64,000 bases of DNA from Paraprevotella sp. (GTDB lineage: Bacteria > Bacteroidota > Bacteroidia > Bacteroidales > Bacteroidaceae). Both the position numbers and the translations under genes were made by a program. The stretch covers positions 5,729 through 69,728 of the forward strand of contig JAGBCQ010000011.1 of assembly GCA_017937925.1 (NCBI GenBank), written 5' to 3'. This document shows positions 51,105-60,563 of this stretch, piece by piece (within the stretch, counting starts at the first letter, position 1; each line of letters begins with the position of its first letter). Under the pieces are notes generated by a model. The model searched no databases. It worked only from the letters and a program-made list of their open reading frames with translations, and was not told where the DNA came from.

Positions 51105-53186
51105 TTACAATTCTCTCAGACCATTCTTATGCGATGCCCATATCAAACTCATAAAATGAATCGTAGGCTGACACTCTATTTCATTCAGGCATGCTATCTC
51201 ATCATGGGTAAGATAGTCTTCATTCCCATTACACAATAGTTTATCTACAACCACAAACATAGCGGGGCTAATAATACCTGTATCTATCAATTCCAGTAAC
51301 TCTTTCTGATTATCATTAAAATCAATATTGGCGCAAAGTTCCTTTCTGTCATTGTAATAAAGTCCCTTCAATTCAGCATCCTTCTGTACCAGACGTCTTC
51401 GATGATAAAAAATACCATTATCGTGAATATAGGATGCATTTATCGGAGAAGGAGAATCCTGACCATTATTCTTATAATAATTTGCTTGCGTTTCAAGCCA
51501 CCTCTTTAATTCCACCCTGCCTGTCGGTATTCCACCTAGTGAAGATACCCACTCTAGCATGTCGGGGACAGCTCCCATGAAACTGACTTTAACCTTTCTA
51601 TCATCTAAATTCCATGATAAACAGAAAGAAATACTATCCTCTATACCATTGCTGTTAAGTCCCTTCAAGAGCATCATTATCCCTTCTATTGTATTCATTA
51701 TCGTGCTTGCAGGATTATTGCCACCGTGATAAATCTCTGGTAAATCATGGAAATTGTCTCTATAGCTAATGAAGCGGCAGTTTGGATAGTCCATTTCTCC
51801 TCCACAACGTCGTATACACTTTGCCAAATCAACAGCCATCAAATCTGTTGTTTCTACTGTCCCCTCCATCAGTTGGCATGTATCAAAATCTCTATAGAGT
51901 CGTTCTACTCCTTCTTCACCTTTTGCATGGTAACTATATAACAATCTGACGCCATCTCCTTTCTTAGGAACAAACGGCACAAATTTTGAAAGGGGATTTG
52001 TTGGCTGCTGTTTCTGTTCCACGAAAGGCACGTTTTCGCCAAAATATCTATATACATCCTGATTACCCCTAAGATAATGAGTTATAAGACCCTTCCATTT
52101 CTTGATTGGCAATGGTCCATCTATTCTGAAAACCTTAGTATATACTGCAGTATGCCCCATCGCTGTTATCGGATTTTCTAACCGTCTGCATATCGCGTCA
52201 AGGTCATAACTTCGTATAGCCCCATCAAAATGGTCAAAAACACCGGTTGTCGTGTCATAAAATGCATGCAGATATCGACAAGCATACGTTCCTTCTGACT
52301 GTGTCGGTACTTCTACATCCGTAACCTCCTCCATCTCAAACTGACGTTTCCCATCTTTTTCTTGCCACACAAATTCAGTTTTCTTTATTTGATTAAAGAG
52401 ATATTCTGTTTTATTCGTGTCGTATGCAGTTACACCTTCCTTTATCTTGCTGATATCATCTGTATACTCTGGCCCATACCAATAGTCAAATTCTTGAGTT
52501 TCTTTAAATGATGGTGTATATCCCACATAGTCCAAATCAACCCGTATTCTCACAGGGGTCTCTTCTGTGCATGAATCAAATAACTCTTTTAGAAAATCTT
52601 TATTAAAACAATTATAACGGGATAGTGAACGTCTTAGGTAAGGATGTACTAACACCGCAAGACTGTTCTTCTTAGAGGCAAAAACACCGTCTCCCTTATA
52701 ATCAAAATTCTGAAGCAGAACATTTAAAAATATAAGTCCATCTCCATCAATATTATCTCTAAGGAATGGGAATGCATCAAGTACAATGTTATTATAGCCG
52801 TACAACACAATTCCGTTTGACATCATACGACATTCATCCTTCGTTAATCCCAAGCTACTCACCTCTTTGTTGAACTCCTGTGAATACTGCAGGACTCGTT
52901 CTATCATTTTTTCATTAAGATAGTCAGTTCTGGTTGCCATCACCCAGCGCTTCTCTTCTGTCGTTTCTGGCAAAGAAGTGTTACCCAACAAATAGGTACT
53001 TTCATGAGACAAAAATAATGCTGAAATACGAGTAACTCCTAAGGGACGATGGATATCATGCTCAATATTTGATGGCACACAACGATCATAGCCTTGCCAT
53101 AGTGCATCTTCCAATGCCCCTATTGAGAACCTAACACCAGACTTAGACATGCCATCTGTCAAATATACTCACGTTAAATGCTTCAT
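51105..53186 (-). CDS. Hypothetical ~690-aa protein in defence island; in-frame TGA at codon 6 after ATG 53186 (alternative starts 53162/53150)
   Basis: 685-codon open frame from TTG 53162; N-terminal VPSNIEHDIHRPLG; central CRYLHAFYD..FDHFDGAIRSY..YTKVFRIDG. Confidence 0.7.
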
Positions 53187-53248
53187 TTTCTACTTAATCA
53201 GTTATCTGCCTACCTCTCCTCCGACGTCTTATTATTGGAATATAGAGA

Positions 53249-54037
53249 CTATCTACAAGCTTCTCTAAACTGCTTGCCATATTCATTCACATAAACCACA
53301 CTATCTGTGGTCTCGATTTTGAGTTGCTGTTGAGGATACGTATTTTTATATCCATCAAGCACCTGCTTAAAAAAAGCAGTTTGTTGCAAAGCAGTATAAT
53401 TGGTCCCAATAATAGTTCTATCATACATTAATTCTAAAATACCAAATTTGCTCATGCGAATAAGAGATGCAGATACGGCAAACTCGTCATAGCCATCGAT
53501 TGTCCATCCCAAATACCACTCGGGCAATGCATTTGTATAAATCTGGTTGGTACCGTTAATTGCAATTCTCGGATTAATCGCCATTACATATCCATGGGTT
53601 TTTGATAACTTCTCAAAGAGCAATGCATCTAACCTGTTCATTTTCTTGATAATATCAACATAGGATGGGTGCACCACATTCTCCTTGCTAATATCCATCG
53701 AATTGGCAAGTAAGGCGATGTACATTTCCCTAAGTATCTCATTCTGTGCTGTATAAGTTAATGACTGTAGCAAGGGCACTGCTATTTCTGGGTCAGGACT
53801 CTTCAGCCGCTCCTCAGGTACTTTCTCCAATCGCTTTTGCACCTCTTTCTCAACGTAGTCCTCTATCTTTTCCCAACACCAAAGGAAACCACGTATTGGT
53901 GCCAGTAATGTTTTTACAGTCCTTCCAGCAACAACCCCTACTTCAGATACAGCAGGTCTCGCTGCATCCTTATATACTTCTACACCTAAATCCTTTATCA
54001 AATCCATATATTCTTCTATATTCCGTAGTCCCGGCAT
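53249..54037 (-). CDS. DUF4393 / Abi-alpha family protein
   Basis: PDPEIAVPLL..LTY....LREMYIALLANSMD...VHPSYVDIIKKM..LDA pattern; terminal YGKQFREAC. Confidence 0.8.
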   Translation of the reverse strand: MPGLRNIEEYMDLIKDLGVEVYKDAARPAVSEVGVVAGRTVKTLLAPIRGFLWCWEKIEDYVEKEVQKRLEKVPEERLKSPDPEIAVPLLQSLTYTAQNEILREMYIALLANSMDISKENVVHPSYVDIIKKMNRLDALLFEKLSKTHGYVMAINPRIAINGTNQIYTNALPEWYLGWTIDGYDEFAVSASLIRMSKFGILELMYDRTIIGTNYTALQQTAFFKQVLDGYKNTYPQQQLKIETTDSVVYVNEYGKQFREACR

Positions 54038-54050
54038 CCTTTAGATGCCC

Positions 54051-55304
54051 TCACACCCCCATAAGCCACTTCCAAACTGGCACCACGGGTATTCCCTCTT
54101 CCGTGCCCTCTTCATCATACGTAATCAGCAGGCACTTCCAGTTTTCGTGCGCCTTAGCATATTTCGCCAGTGGCGGCACCTCTCTGTTGTAGGTCGACTC
54201 CTCCTTGATGCTGTACGATACCTGTATGGCCAACTTCTCGTCAGGCACTATAAAGTCTATCTCCTTGTCAGCATTCAGATAATACACATTCTCCTTGCCG
54301 TATCGTCTGAATAGTTCCACCGCCACCATATTTTCCAGTAGCGACGTCTCTGAGTTCATCAAGAACAGATTCAGCAATCCGTTGTCTATGAAGTAGTATT
54401 TCTTCTGCGTTTCCTTCTCCGTCAGTTTTCCAATCTCATTCTCCATGGGCAGTATCAGCCAACTGTCAGCGGTATAACCCGCATAGTCTATCGTAGTAGG
54501 CACACTGATGGGTGACCCAGTTGCCACGATTACATTCTTCAGTCTGTTATACGACAGCGGTTGCTTCACGCTCTCTGCCATCTTCTTGATCAGGATGTTC
54601 AGCACTCTGTCGTTCTTAATATTGTTTCGTGCACAGATATCACCAAGGTAAATCTTTTGGTACAAGCTCGAAAGCATAGCCCGTTTGTTCTTAAACGACA
54701 GAATCTCAGGCAGACCGCCGTAATAGAAGTACTCATTCAGATGCCGCTTCACCTCACTTCTCTGAATCGTATCATACTCCCAATGCTCCTTCAGTTCCAC
54801 CTGCTGCGCTGCCAGATACTCTTTGAATGAATATGGGTAAGCATCATAGATAAAGAACCGCCCGCCCAGCGTAGTTGCCACCTCTTTGCTCAGCATTTTT
54901 GCATTGCTGCCCGTCACGTAAACACGGTATTTAGCATCAGCCAATCGACGCACAAACTTATCCCAGTGAGGAATATTCTGCACCTCGTCCAGAAACACCA
55001 CTGGTTTCTTACCATACAGTTCCAGATGAACCTCTAGCAGACTGTTGAAGTCCTCCGTCTGGAATTCCGCCAGACGCTCATCCTCAAAGTCCACAAACAA
55101 GATCTCATCCCATCCCTTTCCTGCTGCCTGCAACTGACGCACACGCTGATACAGTAGGTACGACTTACCTGCATGTCTCACGCCAACTATCACATAATTG
55201 CCATTCTCTTCAAAGTCTGTGGGACGGTTCACAATCACCGCCTCATCTACCTCGCGTTGCTTACTAATCAGGCACTGTTTGATGACATCTTTACTGATAC
55301 TCAT
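54051..55304 (-). CDS. AAA_14 ATPase with DUF4143 C-terminal domain
   Basis: GVRHAGKS, FLDEVQ, TGSN, GGLPE, KYYFIDNG and EIDF..AIQV motifs. Confidence 0.92.
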   Translation of the reverse strand: MSISKDVIKQCLISKQREVDEAVIVNRPTDFEENGNYVIVGVRHAGKSYLLYQRVRQLQAAGKGWDEILFVDFEDERLAEFQTEDFNSLLEVHLELYGKKPVVFLDEVQNIPHWDKFVRRLADAKYRVYVTGSNAKMLSKEVATTLGGRFFIYDAYPYSFKEYLAAQQVELKEHWEYDTIQRSEVKRHLNEYFYYGGLPEILSFKNKRAMLSSLYQKIYLGDICARNNIKNDRVLNILIKKMAESVKQPLSYNRLKNVIVATGSPISVPTTIDYAGYTADSWLILPMENEIGKLTEKETQKKYYFIDNGLLNLFLMNSETSLLENMVAVELFRRYGKENVYYLNADKEIDFIVPDEKLAIQVSYSIKEESTYNREVPPLAKYAKAHENWKCLLITYDEEGTEEGIPVVPVWKWLMGV

Positions 55305-55352
55305 ATAAATTGTATTTTATAGGAATTGTGCGATTTTATAAAGTTTGGTTTA

Positions 55353-55360
55353 CAAAGATA
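55353..55360 (-). promoter_or_regulatory. Bacteroidetes -7 promoter (TATCTTTG) heading the five-gene island
   Basis: TAnnTTTG consensus about 50 bp upstream of ATG 55304. Confidence 0.6.
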
Positions 55361-55643
55361 GGTATTTTTATAAAATAAACTTAATAAACCCTGACTTTTT
55401 GCGATTATTTCACACTTTTTTATCACAAATCATCATTTTCCCTGTTTGCCTATTGTATTTGCGCTGCCCTAAACACTTCTGTCAGATACGACACAATTCT
55501 TCTTCCACGTTGCCACTTTGAGTTCTTGGATGTCATGAACTCCTTTTCATCGTGATAGATGACGGTATTAACCCTTTAGGTTTCGTAATTATGAAATAAT
55601 ATTATATATTTGCGAATAGTTTAGAATAAATAGGATAAAAAAT

Positions 55644-56930
55644 ATGCGTAAAATAATCTTTGCGTTAATAGTATATTGTTTTCCTTTCGTTGTGTATGCA
55701 CAAAATGCAGACATGAGAATATACGAACTGATAAACTCTTCCAATTGGTTCACTTTGGCAAAAGAATATCCACAATTGAAAGATTCTATTCAATATGACT
55801 TTGTCAGACTGATGGCAGAAGCGATGATTGCCCAAAATTTCAATAGAGAGGAAGAAGCCATAGAAATGTTTCACTCATTGATAAATTCACACCAACAACA
55901 AATAGGAAGTAACGCAGCTCTTAGCCTTACAGAAATAATATTAGGCAATTATGAACGCTTTGGCATGTACAGTTTAGCTGCAGAAAAAGCCTACAACCTG
56001 ATTGAACAAATAAAAACTTCTGGTGCACCTGTTGACTATTCCAACCTGATTGAAATACACAAAAGGAATAAAGCTCTGTCCAAATATGATTCCACAATGA
56101 TAATTTGTAACAATACGAAGGATATGGCTATTCCTTTTACAATGGAAAAGACAGATACACTATTGTTCGACAATCAGGATCCAGTTCAGAACAGGTATTA
56201 TATTCCTGTGGCAATTCACGGTACTACGCATCAATTCATGTTCGATACAGGAGCAACCATAACATATCTGTCAAAAAGATTTGCAGATTTTGTTGGTGTG
56301 GAATACATTGGGTACAGTTTCTCAAACGGAGACTTAGGCTATTTGGACAGTTTAGAACTGGGTGACATTACTTTCAAGAATGTGATAGTTCTGGTACACA
56401 ATGGAACTCCCTTGGACAGTGTGTGCACTATAGACGCAGTTTTAGGAATGAATCTTGTACGTAAATTGAATGAATTGCGGATAGACAATAAAAATAACCA
56501 ACTAATATTTCCAGCCAAACAGTCAAAAATGCCTGAATATGGACAAAACATCGTCAGATGTGCCAATCAGCTTCTGTTTGTGGAAGCAACAGATACAAAA
56601 GGGCAGTTGACCGTGCTTCTCGACAGTGGAGCGGAAACAGGATTTTCTTATAGCTATTTCACCAAGCATCGCAACGAACTAAGCCAACTTCGCGGTACCA
56701 AAGAAATTGTCGGAGGAACGGCCGATGGATTTCACTCGACAATGGCTGTACATGCCCCATCGGTAAAATTTTCTGTTTGCAATCAAGAATTGGAGATGAA
56801 AGATGTGTACGTCCCCTATATGAAAGGTAGCAGCACTGACTGGCACGATATAACCCTCGGTATAGACTTCTTCAGACAATATGACTATGTGACCTTGAAT
56901 TTCAAAGAAATGTTTATGATAATTGAATAG
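55644..56930 (+). CDS. Exported two-lobed retropepsin-like aspartyl protease
   Basis: Signal peptide VYA-Q; FMFDTGAT...AVLG and VLLDSGAE...TLG motifs; TPR-like N-region. Confidence 0.85.
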   Translation: MRKIIFALIVYCFPFVVYAQNADMRIYELINSSNWFTLAKEYPQLKDSIQYDFVRLMAEAMIAQNFNREEEAIEMFHSLINSHQQQIGSNAALSLTEIILGNYERFGMYSLAAEKAYNLIEQIKTSGAPVDYSNLIEIHKRNKALSKYDSTMIICNNTKDMAIPFTMEKTDTLLFDNQDPVQNRYYIPVAIHGTTHQFMFDTGATITYLSKRFADFVGVEYIGYSFSNGDLGYLDSLELGDITFKNVIVLVHNGTPLDSVCTIDAVLGMNLVRKLNELRIDNKNNQLIFPAKQSKMPEYGQNIVRCANQLLFVEATDTKGQLTVLLDSGAETGFSYSYFTKHRNELSQLRGTKEIVGGTADGFHSTMAVHAPSVKFSVCNQELEMKDVYVPYMKGSSTDWHDITLGIDFFRQYDYVTLNFKEMFMIIE

Positions 56931-57288
56931 GTAAATTAAGGATATAGTTGTATAAAATATTGTTATTAGATGATATTGAAAAAGGAAGGATTAATACTTA
57001 TTGCAAACTATCAACAACAGAATTTATTAATAATCCCTAAATCCTTCGTTTTTCTTACCCATAGCATATCTAACTATAAACCATTGCTACTAGTTTCTAT
57101 ATGAATTTCTGTAGAGTCCTTCTGTCAAGCATGTCAATACGCTGCTTCTGCTTTTCTATGGTCGTCTCGTAAAAGTATTAAGGGATTATTACCCTCTATT
57201 AGTCCTATCATATCGTAATTTCATCCTACTTTTTGTCATGATAGCCACAAAATGACATATCTTTGCAATAAGTTAAATAGCATCATCT

Positions 57289-57960
57289 ATGAGGAGAGGC
57301 ATACATATATTGATATTTATATTGTGTTGCGCTTGTGTAAAAGGGCAACAGGAGAGCAAGACCGCTCAATCATTGAAAGCAGCAGGATATGTCAACATTC
57401 ATGATTTGGATAGTACGATACAAGTTGACTTGATGTACTCACGGGCGGACAACTTTACAGGTAAAGTCCTATATACAGACCTCAAGGAGGCTTATTTACA
57501 TCCCAAAGCTGCTAAAGCTCTTGTCGTCGCACAACAACTTCTGAAAGCAGAGCGCCCCGATTTGAGCCTTAAAATATACGACGCCGCACGTCCCATGCAC
57601 ATACAGCAACGTATGTGGAACGTGGTCAAAGGGACACCTCAACAAAATTATGTCAGCAATCCGAAGAACGGGGGAGGACTTCATAATTACGGTATGGCAG
57701 TGGACGTTACACTTTGTTACGAGAACGGCGACACTCTTGACATGGGGACTGTCATTGATTACCTAGGCAAATGGGCACACATAGACATTGAAGATGACAT
57801 GATGATAAAGGGGATTATAAGTAATGAAGCATACAACAACAGACGATTACTTAGAGACATCATGAAACGAGCCGGATTCAAGGCATTACGTTCTGAATGG
57901 TGGCATTTCAATTACATAACACGAGCAGAAGCTAAAGCTCACTATAAAGTCATCAAATAA
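57289..57960 (+). CDS. ddpX: D-alanyl-D-alanine dipeptidase (M15D, DdpX/VanX family)
   Basis: YDAARP, HNYGMAVD and EWWHF motifs. Confidence 0.92.
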   Translation: MRRGIHILIFILCCACVKGQQESKTAQSLKAAGYVNIHDLDSTIQVDLMYSRADNFTGKVLYTDLKEAYLHPKAAKALVVAQQLLKAERPDLSLKIYDAARPMHIQQRMWNVVKGTPQQNYVSNPKNGGGLHNYGMAVDVTLCYENGDTLDMGTVIDYLGKWAHIDIEDDMMIKGIISNEAYNNRRLLRDIMKRAGFKALRSEWWHFNYITRAEAKAHYKVIK

Positions 57961-57961
57961 T

Positions 57962-59167
57962 ATGGAGTTCCTTAACGACCTGACCCGACAATTCATCCAA
58001 GACCACCTTCATGATGACGTAAGGAGTCTTGCTTTACGCCATGCACCTCAAGGTGTGGACCTCCGTTTGGCACTTCAACAAATTGAGGGTTGGCAACTTG
58101 CTTCTAAAAAAATACCCTCCTGGACTGAAAAAGATGGGTTGTTATATCCACCACGCATCTCCATGGAGCAATGTTCATCCGAACAAACTGCTCTTTATAA
58201 ACAAAAACTTATCAAACGACTTATCTCGGACTGCGACATTCATCCGAATAGTACTTTTGTTGATTTAACCGGTGGATTCGGCATTGATTTCAGTTTTATT
58301 GCCCCCTTATTTGAACGAGCTGTCTATATTGAGAGGAACGAAACGTTATGTCAAATTGCCAAACATAACTTTAAGATATTGGGACTAACACACGCAGACA
58401 TTCTTAATATTGATTCATCAACATCTGTTGACATACTGCCAGAAGCGACTTGCTTCTTCATTGACCCGGCACGACGTGACAAGCAAGGGAAAAAGACAGT
58501 TGCCATTGAGGACTGCGAACCGAACTTAACGGAATTACAAGACACCTTGCGTAAAAAAGCGACTTATTGCGTCATTAAATTATCTCCGATGCTAGACATC
58601 AGTATGGCACTAAAGTCTCTCAACAACATTTCTGAAGTACACGTTGTAAGTGTCCAAAATGAATGCAAAGAATTACTTCTCGTTATGAGCCGGCACGAAG
58701 TTGAAGAACCGATATTCCATTGCGTAAATATCGGAAAAAGTTTATCGGACTTCACATTTTTACAAAAAAACGAAGCCGCATCTGAATATCGTTTTGCCGA
58801 TGGAATCGGGAAATACTTATACGAACCGGACACATCTGTTATGAAATGCGGAGGTTTCAGAAGTTTATGCACACAATACGCCATAGACAAATTACATCCA
58901 CATTCTCACCTCTACACATCCGATTCTCTGATAACGGATTTTCCAGGGCGTACGTTTGTCGTGATGTCGCAGTGCGGTTTCAACAAACAGGAACTCAAAA
59001 GTATGTTCAACGATTTAAAGCAAGCTAACCTCACGATTAGAAATTTCCCCGCCACTGTTGCAGATTTACGTAAACGACTTAAACTGAAAGATGGCGGAGA
59101 AGATTATATTTTCGCAACGACCACAGTTAATGACACACACATTCTTATCCGTTGCAAGAAAGTCTAA
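57962..59167 (+). CDS. SAM-dependent methyltransferase with THUMP-like C-terminal domain
   Basis: SMEQCSSE, DLTGGFGID, DPARR, KLSPMLD and YLYEP motifs. Confidence 0.85.
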   Translation: MEFLNDLTRQFIQDHLHDDVRSLALRHAPQGVDLRLALQQIEGWQLASKKIPSWTEKDGLLYPPRISMEQCSSEQTALYKQKLIKRLISDCDIHPNSTFVDLTGGFGIDFSFIAPLFERAVYIERNETLCQIAKHNFKILGLTHADILNIDSSTSVDILPEATCFFIDPARRDKQGKKTVAIEDCEPNLTELQDTLRKKATYCVIKLSPMLDISMALKSLNNISEVHVVSVQNECKELLLVMSRHEVEEPIFHCVNIGKSLSDFTFLQKNEAASEYRFADGIGKYLYEPDTSVMKCGGFRSLCTQYAIDKLHPHSHLYTSDSLITDFPGRTFVVMSQCGFNKQELKSMFNDLKQANLTIRNFPATVADLRKRLKLKDGGEDYIFATTTVNDTHILIRCKKV

Positions 59168-59185
59168 AAAACAAGTCCATAAATT

Positions 59186-59220
59186 AAGCGGTCAGCCTTC
59201 ACTTCAAAGACTGACCGCTT
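59186..59220. terminator. Terminator between convergent methyltransferase and ompA genes
   Basis: AAGCGGTCAG / CTGACCGCTT stem. Confidence 0.75.
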
Positions 59221-59241
59221 TCTATTCTCTTACAAATAGGA

Positions 59242-60375
59242 TTATTTCACTCTGTAGCGTACCTCCTCAGTACGGAATTTCTTATTTGTTACAGGCTCTT
59301 TCTTTACGCCTTCGCCAGTTGCCTTAACAACCACTGCACGGTTCTTGTCATTCTCGGCAAACGGTTGTACTGTATCGCCCTTCCATTCTGTAGTAATACA
59401 AGCCTTATCTACACCGGCAGCAACCAATGCTGCTTCCAATTTTTCTGCACGCTCTTGTGATAATTTCAAGTTAAACTTACGTGTTCCGGTTTCTTTGTCT
59501 GAATAACCTACGATAGACACTTTACAGTTTTTATTTGCTTTTACGAAAGCAACGACTGCATCAACCAATGCTGTAGGAACCGGTTCACTCTTCTTAATGT
59601 CATAATTTGCAGTACCCTCATAACTTACAGGTATTGTTACTTCCTTATAAGTCACTTCGTCATACCAAGTTGTATCAATGCGAGTTGCCCACTCTTCTAC
59701 CGGAGCAACAACCACCGGAGCCGGTTTCTTCTTATGACCAAATTTCGCCACGAAACCCACTGTAGCATAAGCCGACCAGTCACTATTGTTATTAGTCTTT
59801 GAATTGTACTTGTCGGAATTGTTATTAGCACCGATTTCCAAATTCATGCCAAAATTCTTCGCAATATTAAAGTCAAACATCACACCACCGCGGAAGTTGT
59901 GTGACAAAAGGTCATCTTCCCATGCGAATGGATATTTACCCATTGTTTGCGCTGCCAAAGCATGGAAATCATCATTATTCCAAGCATAGTTCAAACCGAT
60001 ACCTGCCAATAGAATCACATTAAACACACGATCCTCTTTCTTTGAGAACATATTGGTAAGGTTCAATAACAAATCAACATTACCGGTAGCATAATTATAC
60101 TCGTAAGTACTGTTCAGTTCTTTAATACCACCTTTGTTTTGCCAACCGCTCACGTGCAAACGCGCACCAACTGCCGGTGTGAAATATCCACCGAAAGACA
60201 CTCCTACCATCGGAGTTATCAAATCACCTTGATTGTAATTAGTGAAAGTTGTCTGCACACCACCATGAAGTCCTACAAACATGTGTGGAAATGGTTTATA
60301 TTCCTTAGTCTCTTGAGCATTGACCACTGCCATACAAACCACGGCAAGAGATAAAAATAACGATTTAAGTTTCAT
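59242..60375 (-). CDS. OmpA-family outer-membrane protein
   Basis: Signal peptide, beta-barrel, Pro linker, GYSD..TG...NLKLSQERA and NRAV motifs. Confidence 0.92.
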   Translation of the reverse strand: MKLKSLFLSLAVVCMAVVNAQETKEYKPFPHMFVGLHGGVQTTFTNYNQGDLITPMVGVSFGGYFTPAVGARLHVSGWQNKGGIKELNSTYEYNYATGNVDLLLNLTNMFSKKEDRVFNVILLAGIGLNYAWNNDDFHALAAQTMGKYPFAWEDDLLSHNFRGGVMFDFNIAKNFGMNLEIGANNNSDKYNSKTNNNSDWSAYATVGFVAKFGHKKKPAPVVVAPVEEWATRIDTTWYDEVTYKEVTIPVSYEGTANYDIKKSEPVPTALVDAVVAFVKANKNCKVSIVGYSDKETGTRKFNLKLSQERAEKLEAALVAAGVDKACITTEWKGDTVQPFAENDKNRAVVVKATGEGVKKEPVTNKKFRTEEVRYRVK

Positions 60376-60563
60376 AATATGATTAGAATTAAATTTTTGA
60401 ATACTTGTGTGGCAAAATTATAAATAATAGGATTTATTAGCAATTTTTTGAAAACATTTTTCTCAGAATATACAGATATAGTGTAAAACTAGGTGTAAAA
60501 ATAAGGGGATTTGCTGAAAAAAGAATATCTTTGTACATCTTAATCACATACTTAAACTGACTT

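Noticed and set aside
53169-53171. Selenocysteine recoding of the in-frame TGA
   Set aside because: No redox motif context and no evident SECIS hairpin immediately downstream
57028-57191. 11-bp inverted repeat TAATAATCCCT/AGGGATTATTA as MITE or invertible-segment ends
   Set aside because: Short and AT-rich; no target duplication or recombinase seen
57201-57210. AGTCCTATCA matching the tRNA-Leu T-arm as a possible attR
   Set aside because: Only 10 bp, matches the wrong tRNA for this island, and would enclose housekeeping genes; compatible with chance
57289-57960. VanX-type vancomycin resistance
   Set aside because: Lone exported DdpX-type dipeptidase with no vanHA/vanRS; housekeeping
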